The position numbers were made by a program, and so were the translations under genes. DNA of 64,000 nt from a virus, in IMG/VR virus record IMGVR_UViG_3300042452_000786, positions 11,875 through 75,874 of that record; one strand, written 5' to 3'. The notes beneath the pieces were generated by a model. That model did not search any database. It had not been told where the DNA came from and saw only the letters and a program-made list of their open reading frames with translations. Of this stretch, positions 53,914 through 61,759 are shown in pieces (position 1 is the first letter of the stretch; every line of letters begins with the position of its first letter).

Positions 53914-55437
53914 TCAATACTCTAACTGCAGTGCGCCTCTGGTCATTAAGCCATTGCACAACCAAATTAACGCGTCAACGCAGTCGTCATGAGAGCTTAC
54001 ACCAAAGTTTACGATCTCATCTGTTAAAGCGCCAAATCTGCGAAACCTGTTAAAGATGATTTTACGCTGCTCAAACAAACCCATGATTCCTCTAAACCGC
54101 GCAACTTTATCCCCACGGAAACCTTTTACTGCATGCCAGTTCATGTTGTAAAGCCCGTGTTCGCCTAAACAAATTCGTTTAAAGTCTGCCTCCAGGGATG
54201 CTTGGTATGCGACGGCTTCTGACCAAATGTCAATGTGGCTTCCCGTTGGGAAGTATTGATTCTTATCTTTGTGGATGACGCCCCATTCTTCCATCATTTC
54301 CATTAAGGCTTCCAGTTTTTCTAGGTTGCCCATAATCCGGAGACGTTTGGAATCAATGATATGAATCTTGTCTCCGACACGCCCACCCATTACAAAAACG
54401 GTGTAGTCATTACGTTCTCGTACACCAGCGGAAAGATCGACGCCAACGCCAAGGGTGTCGAATTGTGTAGCGATGTTTCCTTTAACAATCAAATCTGGCG
54501 AAAGAGACAGCTCGCTGGTTTGAACAATTTGGTTTTGATACTGAAAGCTGAATGCAATGGGAGCTTGGCGACGCCTGTCTTGCAGGTATTCCAATGACCA
54601 CATTTCGGGCCAGTATGATTCTTCGTCTCCGTGCTCATCTACGGTAATTGCTGATTGAACGATTTGGACCCAATCATTAGCTGGAGTAAAAGTACTGTTG
54701 TGAATGTCGTCGTGCCGGAAACGTGTGCCAAGGCAAATGGCGCGTCCGCCTTCAAACATAGTAGGAACAATAACTGAGTTCCAGTTATCTTCCATTGCTG
54801 ATCGGATGTCGCGGTTTTTAATATCGTCGGCACTCTTAATAGCATCATCGATAATACACAGATGGGAACGCTTAGAGGTCACAGCACCTTTAAGACCAGC
54901 ACAACAAACAGTGAATTCTTCTTCACCTGTTGATTTAATGCCTGCAAATTTCCAATCAATACTCCAGTATTCATTGGAGTTAATTCCTTTGGCAATTTTT
55001 ACCATTGGAAAAACTTCTTTGTATGCTTTGCTTTCTTCAATAATTCGTTTAATGGCCGCGCTTTTGGGACGGGCAACATCAACGGTGTATGAGATATAGA
55101 GAATTTTTAACGGTTTTTTGTGCAGAGCGTGAACACCAACTGCCCAAGCAGTATAGAGACCTAAGATTGTTGACTTTGCTGAACCGCGAGGTGCCAGAAT
55201 GTCAATGTTTGGTCCACCAATGCCGATTAAACATTCAGTGCTTTCGTTAGTACAGAGATAACGGTGCCATTCTTTGTGATGTCGTGCTGGCGGTTTGTCA
55301 CCTACAACGTCACAAAAATAAGCAAAATCTGTACGTGCTCTTTCTATGTCAATATCTGTTGTTTTTTTAACAACGCGTTGCTGTGCTGCTGCACGAGCAG
55401 TACGACGGTAAACGGAATAAATGCTAGTGCCTGCCAT
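53914..55437 (-). CDS. terL: terminase large subunit
   Basis: Walker A APRGSAKST, Walker B CIIDD, GTRF..DD, nuclease GVDL..D.T and HDDCVDA. Confidence 0.93.
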   Translation of the reverse strand: MAGTSIYSVYRRTARAAAQQRVVKKTTDIDIERARTDFAYFCDVVGDKPPARHHKEWHRYLCTNESTECLIGIGGPNIDILAPRGSAKSTILGLYTAWAVGVHALHKKPLKILYISYTVDVARPKSAAIKRIIEESKAYKEVFPMVKIAKGINSNEYWSIDWKFAGIKSTGEEEFTVCCAGLKGAVTSKRSHLCIIDDAIKSADDIKNRDIRSAMEDNWNSVIVPTMFEGGRAICLGTRFRHDDIHNSTFTPANDWVQIVQSAITVDEHGDEESYWPEMWSLEYLQDRRRQAPIAFSFQYQNQIVQTSELSLSPDLIVKGNIATQFDTLGVGVDLSAGVRERNDYTVFVMGGRVGDKIHIIDSKRLRIMGNLEKLEALMEMMEEWGVIHKDKNQYFPTGSHIDIWSEAVAYQASLEADFKRICLGEHGLYNMNWHAVKGFRGDKVARFRGIMGLFEQRKIIFNRFRRFGALTDEIVNFGVSSHDDCVDALIWLCNGLMTRGALQLEY

Positions 55438-55461
55438 GCCCGTAGCATAGCGTACTAATCC

Positions 55462-55947
55462 TCAGGATTCTTCTGACAAGATCTTGGTCCAAACACCCAT
55501 GGAAGCTTCCTGGAGAGGACCTTCAATGGGATCATCTCGAAAGATGGATAACATTTCACGCAATGCTCGGTCTGCGCCAGCAAGGATTAAACCTTGTTTA
55601 TCAAGCAAAACCTTTTCGTCGTTCAGTTGTTTAATTGAGCCACGCAGTTCTTTTTGGAGCATTGCAATTCTCGACGTGCCCATATCTTGTTTAACCATGC
55701 CCATGTCAATGGCATCGCGTAGCTTGGCGATGTCACTTTGCATAGAATCAATTTCGTCTTCTAAGATAGCGTTAAAGTTTCGTTTTTTGTATTCGTTTTG
55801 CGACCACTCATTGCACTCTACAATGCTACCTGTAAACCCGAGAAAACGGGCATACAGGTACATTTGAATTGGAGAAGATGTACGTTTACAAAATGCAAGA
55901 AAGGATTCGCGGTCTTTGTCGGTTAAACTTTGAATCCAGGTTTTCAT
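55462..55947 (-). CDS. putative terminase small subunit
   Basis: Helical 161 aa directly upstream of terL; positional inference. Confidence 0.45.
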   Translation of the reverse strand: MKTWIQSLTDKDRESFLAFCKRTSSPIQMYLYARFLGFTGSIVECNEWSQNEYKKRNFNAILEDEIDSMQSDIAKLRDAIDMGMVKQDMGTSRIAMLQKELRGSIKQLNDEKVLLDKQGLILAGADRALREMLSIFRDDPIEGPLQEASMGVWTKILSEES

Positions 55948-57056
55948 GCACGGTATTGGCGTTGCGCCTGTTCGTAATCTCTGTTCTCTTTATAGCGCCT
56001 AAACATCTCTTGTTGCAAGTCAGTTGTACGTTGTTCACCTGCAGTAGTCTGGATTCCTTTACGCTGCTCTTCTCCAGAAACGCGAGTAGTTGCACGTTCT
56101 TGTTCGCCACGAGCACCAACTAAACGCTCCTCACCGCCATAACGTTCAGCTTGTGTTGCACGCTCTTGTGCTCCGGATTCCCTAAGCAATCCAGTTTCTC
56201 CTAAGTACCGTTCTGCTTGGGTTTGACGTTGCTGCGCTCCAGTAGCCCCAATTAAACGTTCTTCACCGGTGTACCTTTGAGCCTGTGTTTGACGTTCTTG
56301 TTCGCCGGCTGTTGCATAACCTAAACGTTGTTGCTCGCCAGTAACGCCAATTGTGGCACGTTCTTGCGTTCCACGGGCACCGACCAATCGTTCTTCGCCG
56401 CCATAACGTTCAGCTTGGGTTGCACGCTCTTGCGCACCAGAAACGCCGATTGTTGCACGCTGTTGTTCACCTGTTGCACCAATTAAACCGGTTTCACCAG
56501 CATATCTTTGAGCTTGGGTTTGACGTTGTTGTTCACCTGTTGCACCGATTAAACCAGCTTCACCGGCGTACCTTTGTGCTTGCGTTGCACGTTCTTGTTC
56601 ACCGGCTGCTGCATAGCCGAGACGTTGTTGTTCACCTGTAGTTCCGATTGTGGCACGTTCTTGCGTTCCACGGGCACCGACCAATCTTTCTTCGCCGCCA
56701 TAACGTTCAGCTTGGGTTGCACGCTCTTGTGCGCCAGCAGTTTCTAAGCCGGTTCGATATTGTTGGCCTGTTGCACCAATAGTTGCACGTTCTTGTTCGC
56801 CAGCGGTAGCTGTTGTTAAACGTTGTTCGGCGCCGGCACTTTGAGTTCGCCTGATGTCTTGACCGGTAAAAAACTCACTGTTAGTGCGATCAAGTTGGGC
56901 GCCTAACTCCATGTTTAAGCGTTGTTGCGCTGCCGCTACTTCATCAAGCGCACTTTGCGTACGTACAGCTTGAGTTGGTGTAGGAGTAACCGTTGGAGGA
57001 GGCGGCGGCGGATTATAAACGACGTTTGGGGGCGGCGGTGATGATGGTGATCCCAT
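55944..57056 (-). CDS. 11-residue repeat (hendecad) protein with Pro-rich N-terminus
   Basis: About 25 units such as GEQERATIGAT / GAQERATQAER / YGGEERLVGAR. Confidence 0.8.
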   Translation of the reverse strand: MGSPSSPPPPNVVYNPPPPPPTVTPTPTQAVRTQSALDEVAAAQQRLNMELGAQLDRTNSEFFTGQDIRRTQSAGAEQRLTTATAGEQERATIGATGQQYRTGLETAGAQERATQAERYGGEERLVGARGTQERATIGTTGEQQRLGYAAAGEQERATQAQRYAGEAGLIGATGEQQRQTQAQRYAGETGLIGATGEQQRATIGVSGAQERATQAERYGGEERLVGARGTQERATIGVTGEQQRLGYATAGEQERQTQAQRYTGEERLIGATGAQQRQTQAERYLGETGLLRESGAQERATQAERYGGEERLVGARGEQERATTRVSGEEQRKGIQTTAGEQRTTDLQQEMFRRYKENRDYEQAQRQYRA

Positions 57057-57084
57057 TGTCAGTTAGTCTTTTAATGTATTATAA

Positions 57085-57717
57085 TCAGGCTGCTCTGCCG
57101 CGTGGAGCAAGACCTTGAGCGTTTGCCATGGCAGCTCTGTAAGCAGCGTTAGAGACGGCATCAAGTTCAGTGGCAAAACTACCAGAGGCTTGTGCTAGTT
57201 GATTTTGAGCTGAGGCTGCACGAGCCGCAACCGCAGAAGGGCTTTGCTCACGAATATTTAACCCTTGGGATCCGTAAGCAAGATCCATTGCACGCGTTTT
57301 CTGTGCAGTATCTAAAACACGTTTTTGAAGCGGGTCAAGCATTGCAAGGTTGTAAGCGTAATCATCTGCGCGTTGTTCACGTGCGAGAGCCCTGTATTTA
57401 TCGTAAAGGCGATCAAGATTGGTTTCGCTAATTGGGCTTGCCGGGTCTGAATAAGTTGGGGGAGTTAAAACGTTAGAAGAAGGTTCTGCCCCAGGTGAAT
57501 TAATACCGAAGTTTGCATATTGCCCAAGGTCAACAGCTTTACCGGTTGTAAAATCAATTCCTTTAAAGGAAGGAAGTTGCGTTTTTGATGGTAGTTGTTT
57601 GTATTCAGAGTAGTCTGGTGCAGCTCCTGTTGCAATTCCAGGAAAGTATTTTTTCCAGGCAGCGCTACTACCAAGCCTGGAAGTGATTGCTTCAAACGGC
57701 GTGGAGAAGTCTGCCAT
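57085..57717 (-). CDS. hypothetical, putative internal virion protein
   Basis: Ala/Gln-rich helical C-terminus. Confidence 0.55.
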   Translation of the reverse strand: MADFSTPFEAITSRLGSSAAWKKYFPGIATGAAPDYSEYKQLPSKTQLPSFKGIDFTTGKAVDLGQYANFGINSPGAEPSSNVLTPPTYSDPASPISETNLDRLYDKYRALAREQRADDYAYNLAMLDPLQKRVLDTAQKTRAMDLAYGSQGLNIREQSPSAVAARAASAQNQLAQASGSFATELDAVSNAAYRAAMANAQGLAPRGRAA

Positions 57718-57719
57718 TA

Positions 57720-58523
57720 TCAAAGATAACGATATTGGGTGCCAGCAATTTGACCAATATTAGCTAGTGCTTGTCCGGCTTGTGCACCAGCGATTTGTTG
57801 GCCTTGCAGTTGCATCTGGGATTGAGTGGCCAACAGGGTGCTTAATTGTGCAGCAGCAGCATTGCGTTGCATGTCACGTTGCTTAACAGCATCACTAGCC
57901 TGCAGTTGATAGTTTGCAAGACTGCGGATATTTTGATTGTTAATGTCTTGAAGCTGTTTTTGATATTGGAGATTAGCTTGCCAAGGGCCCAGGGGGTTTT
58001 GTTGCTCAATAAGACCGGGATAGCCGTATTGACTAATTTGTGGTACAGCACCGGTTTGATACTGCGGACCAGCACCCATTTCTTCTGGGTTAAAAGTTGC
58101 TGTGCGCCCTAGTCCAGCGGCACCGAGAGCGGCTTTGCCTGCACCACCAGCAACGCTTGCAGCTGGACCCGATGCAGCGCCTGCTAAGCCGCCGATAAGG
58201 GGCACTGCTGCGGCTGCGCCAGCAAGCGGAATTCCGATTTTAGCGGCGTTGCCAAGTGTGGACATTAACTGTCCTGTCTGTGTACCGGCAAACGCTGCTC
58301 CCGCCGGTCCTGTCATAGGAACAGCAAATCGTCCTGCTGCTTTTTCTGTAACACTTTTAATTCCTTTGCTGCCAAGACCGCCGCCAAAATAACCAAGACC
58401 GCCACCAAGCGCAGCTTTACCTAAATCACCTTCTCTTAAGCCAGGGGCTGCACCCATTGCAGCGGTTACGTACGGGAGCGCTTGCATAGCAAACCTTCCA
58501 GCACCAAGTAAAGCAGGCAGCAT
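57720..58523 (-). CDS. putative DNA pilot/ejection protein
   Basis: Gly/Ala hydrophobic N-terminal half, Gln-rich coiled-coil C-terminus. Confidence 0.55.
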   Translation of the reverse strand: MLPALLGAGRFAMQALPYVTAAMGAAPGLREGDLGKAALGGGLGYFGGGLGSKGIKSVTEKAAGRFAVPMTGPAGAAFAGTQTGQLMSTLGNAAKIGIPLAGAAAAVPLIGGLAGAASGPAASVAGGAGKAALGAAGLGRTATFNPEEMGAGPQYQTGAVPQISQYGYPGLIEQQNPLGPWQANLQYQKQLQDINNQNIRSLANYQLQASDAVKQRDMQRNAAAAQLSTLLATQSQMQLQGQQIAGAQAGQALANIGQIAGTQYRYL

Positions 58524-58564
58524 GATTTAAATCCTCTTGTTTGTTATTTTAAATGAGATACGCT

Positions 58565-58984
58565 TTAGCCAAACCAAGGTGCAGCACCACCTGCAATTGC
58601 TCCTGCAGGTCCGCCAGTTAAGAAACCGCCGACACCGCCGATTATAGATTGACCAATGGTTTCACCAAATCCTTTTTTACCAGGTGTACCTGGAATGTAC
58701 ATTGGTGCTTGTTGTTGCGGGTAAACAACATTTAATTCCGGAGACAAGTTAAACGCACCTCCAGACATAGAGTTTCCAAAAGAAGGTCCGTTTTCCCAAT
58801 TCCTGTATTTGTTATCATTGTCAGCGGAACGACTTTTTAAAAACCCAGAAGCTAGATCAAAAGCTTGTTTCCATTTGTTGCCGCTGTCCCCAGAAGAGTA
58901 TTTATAGTTTGACGAACCAAAGTCTCCTGTGAATCCTCCTTTGGGCTTGTAGATATAATCGTCAGTAAAGAAACTGCTAGCCAT
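58565..58984 (-). CDS. Gly-zipper protein
   Basis: C-terminal IGGVGGFLTGGPAGAIAGG. Confidence 0.55.
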   Translation of the reverse strand: MASSFFTDDYIYKPKGGFTGDFGSSNYKYSSGDSGNKWKQAFDLASGFLKSRSADNDNKYRNWENGPSFGNSMSGGAFNLSPELNVVYPQQQAPMYIPGTPGKKGFGETIGQSIIGGVGGFLTGGPAGAIAGGAAPWFG

Positions 58985-58985
58985 T

Positions 58986-60104
58986 TTATTTTACGTAAGG
59001 AGTTAATTGTTGCCAGTTCTGTGCATTAGGTTGGCCCAGGGCTTGGGCAGCTTCTTGGAAGGATCCGTGTTTATGCTTTAGGTATTCTATTGGCTCTTCT
59101 TTTTTAACACGACGCTCTGCTGCTTTTTGAAATGCTTTTTTGGTTGCCATACCAACTGCAGCGGCAGTAGCTGCTCCAGCTGCAAGCAGAGCTGTATCAG
59201 TATGTTTTCCTAGTTTTTCTGCTATTTTTTCACCGATAGTTGGCACTCTAGAAATAAGTTCTTCTCTGGAGCCAGTCTTAAGTTCAATTGAAGGGCTCAG
59301 TGTTTTTGATAAACCTTTAATTGCACCGAGTCCAGCGGCAGTACCGAGTACTGCACTTGCCGTAACAGGAACACCTTTGATTCGAAGTTCAGGATCATTC
59401 AGTCCACGTGCGGTTCCTTTTATTGCTCCACCTAAAGCAGAAAAAGATTGCGTTTCAGGATCAGCCGAAAAAAATTGACCAGCTTTTGGCTTCATTCTTT
59501 CGTAACGACGATATGCTGAATATGTAGACGGAAGAACATCTGGACGTTCTTCTTTGAAATCTTTATAAGCAAGCAGTTGACTTTTCTGCCCTAGCAGATA
59601 GCGCATTGCTGCTTCACTTGCTGGAGAGATTGGGATTTTGCCTGACGGGTCTTCTTCTTTTGAAACAGGAGCAACTGCTTTATATCCTGCGGGACGAAGA
59701 CCTTTGTGTATCGGACCCACTTGACCGCTTAGCATACCAATTGCAACAGGAACTGCTGCAGCCACAGTTGCCCCAGCGAGGGGGCTGTCTAAGCCAAGCC
59801 TGGGCCCTACGTATTGACCAACATCACCAACCATGCGATGCATGTTTGTAAAACGCCAAACATCTTTTCGTGTTTCATTTGTTAGGGCATCAAGTGCAGC
59901 TGCGGCTGTAACTCCTGCCGGTCCCATGCGACCTGAATCAGTTACAGTTGTTGCAGCTTCTTTTACGCTACCGTACGCACTTGAATAGCGTCCCCATGGT
60001 TTACGCTCAATTCCTTCTTGCATTTTGTTGACAACTTGCCCTGCAAAACGCTGTACAGCTTGTGCGCTGTTTGTAAGATGGTTAAGCGTTGTATTTGGAT
60101 TCAT
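58986..60104 (-). CDS. hypothetical protein with Ala/Gly hydrophobic segments
   Basis: 372 aa; TAATG coupling. Confidence 0.6.
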   Translation of the reverse strand: MNPNTTLNHLTNSAQAVQRFAGQVVNKMQEGIERKPWGRYSSAYGSVKEAATTVTDSGRMGPAGVTAAAALDALTNETRKDVWRFTNMHRMVGDVGQYVGPRLGLDSPLAGATVAAAVPVAIGMLSGQVGPIHKGLRPAGYKAVAPVSKEEDPSGKIPISPASEAAMRYLLGQKSQLLAYKDFKEERPDVLPSTYSAYRRYERMKPKAGQFFSADPETQSFSALGGAIKGTARGLNDPELRIKGVPVTASAVLGTAAGLGAIKGLSKTLSPSIELKTGSREELISRVPTIGEKIAEKLGKHTDTALLAAGAATAAAVGMATKKAFQKAAERRVKKEEPIEYLKHKHGSFQEAAQALGQPNAQNWQQLTPYVK

Positions 60105-60634
60105 TACCTCAAGATGTTGCGAACCATTTCATTTGCAGTAGTGGACGCATCTTTGGAGCTGTGGTGATACATGAAAGTTGGCGGACTATAGTTACGCGCG
60201 TATGCTAATTGAATTTGGTTGTTAACTCTTTGTTGTTCTTCAGCGGCACGCATTTGTTGCATTGCATACAACTGGTGAAAGTTAGCGTGGTTTTCTTGAA
60301 CAACTTCAGGATCAATTTGATTTGCAAATTGAGCTGCTGCTGCGCTACCTAAAATACCACCGGTTGTTGCAGCAGCAAACGCAGGCGTACCAATAGATTG
60401 CAATGCTCCAGAAACAGGAACATTTACAGCTGAGTGCACGCCAGCGTGAATTAAGGATTGAGGAATTGATTGGGCAGGACGTTGACCAACCATCCGAGGA
60501 ACGATCTGTTGTGCAGCAGCACCTAACGCAGCTTCAGTCCCGATTGCTTTTCCAATCTGTTTAAGACTGGCGGGATCAGTGAAGTATTGCTTTAAGGCGC
60601 TGCCAGCTGTACGGATTGATTGCGGGATGTTCAT
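60104..60634 (-). CDS. hypothetical, putative internal virion protein
   Basis: Ala/Gly segment followed by a Q-rich helix. Confidence 0.55.
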   Translation of the reverse strand: MNIPQSIRTAGSALKQYFTDPASLKQIGKAIGTEAALGAAAQQIVPRMVGQRPAQSIPQSLIHAGVHSAVNVPVSGALQSIGTPAFAAATTGGILGSAAAAQFANQIDPEVVQENHANFHQLYAMQQMRAAEEQQRVNNQIQLAYARNYSPPTFMYHHSSKDASTTANEMVRNILR

Positions 60635-61080
60635 CCGATTTGCGTTCCTGATTCTCCGGGGAATTTACTTGCAGTTTGCGGACTTCTTTCGGAAGATCCT
60701 GCAGTAGCGTCTTGTGAGGAGATATACCTAAGTTTATCTGGACCTACCCTATCTTCTTCTGAAATTAAACCTCTTTCAACACCTTGGAGATAGCGATTTA
60801 AAAAACCTTGTGCAATAGTGTTGTCTGCTGGATCTTTAAAGTTGGGTTGACTCGTTCTTGATGCGTTATCAATCTTTACTTGAGATTGATCTGCAATGTC
60901 TTGAAAAAATCCGTTATCATAAAAACCTTTGTAGTCAGGGTTTTTATCTAGCTTACTTGCAAATGCGTTCTTAAATTGAACAGAGGCGTTTGGCCCTAGG
61001 GTTCCAGCATCTGGGTGGAAGCCGGATCTCCAAGCTTGGTCAGGAGGAGACGTGTAATCTTTTGAGAACGGTTGTCTCAC
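60631..61080 (-). CDS. hypothetical protein
   Basis: 4-nt overlaps at both ends. Confidence 0.55.
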   Translation of the reverse strand: MRQPFSKDYTSPPDQAWRSGFHPDAGTLGPNASVQFKNAFASKLDKNPDYKGFYDNGFFQDIADQSQVKIDNASRTSQPNFKDPADNTIAQGFLNRYLQGVERGLISEEDRVGPDKLRYISSQDATAGSSERSPQTASKFPGESGTQIG

Positions 61081-61277
61081 TGTTCTTTTTTCTTACGGAG
61101 TTTGCTTAAGGTTTTAGCAAGATTTGCTTGACGAACAGTTTTTTCGTCGTGTTTTTCTGGGTTAGCAGACACCTCGGCTGCATATTCTTTAACGCTTTTG
61201 CCAGCCGCTTCTGCTTTTTTGGTAAAAGCGCCAGGGTGTTTAATGGCGCCTTGAATCCATTTCTTATCTTCAGCCAT
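61077..61277 (-). CDS. small basic conserved phage protein
   Basis: KWIQ.AIK.PGAF, RQA.LA.TL.K. Confidence 0.7.
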   Translation of the reverse strand: MAEDKKWIQGAIKHPGAFTKKAEAAGKSVKEYAAEVSANPEKHDEKTVRQANLAKTLSKLRKKKEQ

Positions 61278-61286
61278 GGTTGGTAA

Positions 61287-61682
61287 TCAGAAAGGAAGAG
61301 AGTTTACTCTTTTGGCAATGCTGGCGGCAATTTGCATTTCAGGTACAAACGTAGAAGACCGTTCAAAACGCCTTACTTTGTCTGCGGCTTTTTGCGGAAG
61401 CCAAGCTTTGGCCATTTCAAAGGCTAAAGTCTTTACTTCGCTAGGAGTTAGTTTACCATCGGCAACAGTTTGGATGGCAAGTTCAAAAGCTGTATCAACT
61501 TGTGACCCTCTCCAGCCGTGAAGGTTTTGGTCAAGGATTGGGTCAATAATGTTGTAAGCTTTTTGGACTAGCGGGCCGTAACGAAGCAGTAACCTTGCTC
61601 CTCTGGTTTTATTGATTTGCATAGTCAAACCAGTAGCTGCAGCACCGATAGCAGCCGCAATGATGGGTTCCAGTAATTCCAT
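61287..61682 (-). CDS. N-terminal TM protein
   Basis: EPIIAAAIGAAATGL; AGAGG RBS. Confidence 0.6.
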   Translation of the reverse strand: MELLEPIIAAAIGAAATGLTMQINKTRGARLLLRYGPLVQKAYNIIDPILDQNLHGWRGSQVDTAFELAIQTVADGKLTPSEVKTLAFEMAKAWLPQKAADKVRRFERSSTFVPEMQIAASIAKRVNSLPF

Positions 61683-61759
61683 GACAACCTCTATTTGTTT
61701 TTAATTTAGCAGAAGGTGTCATTAGGACACCGAACCGAGGTGTTACCCTTGGTTTTGTT

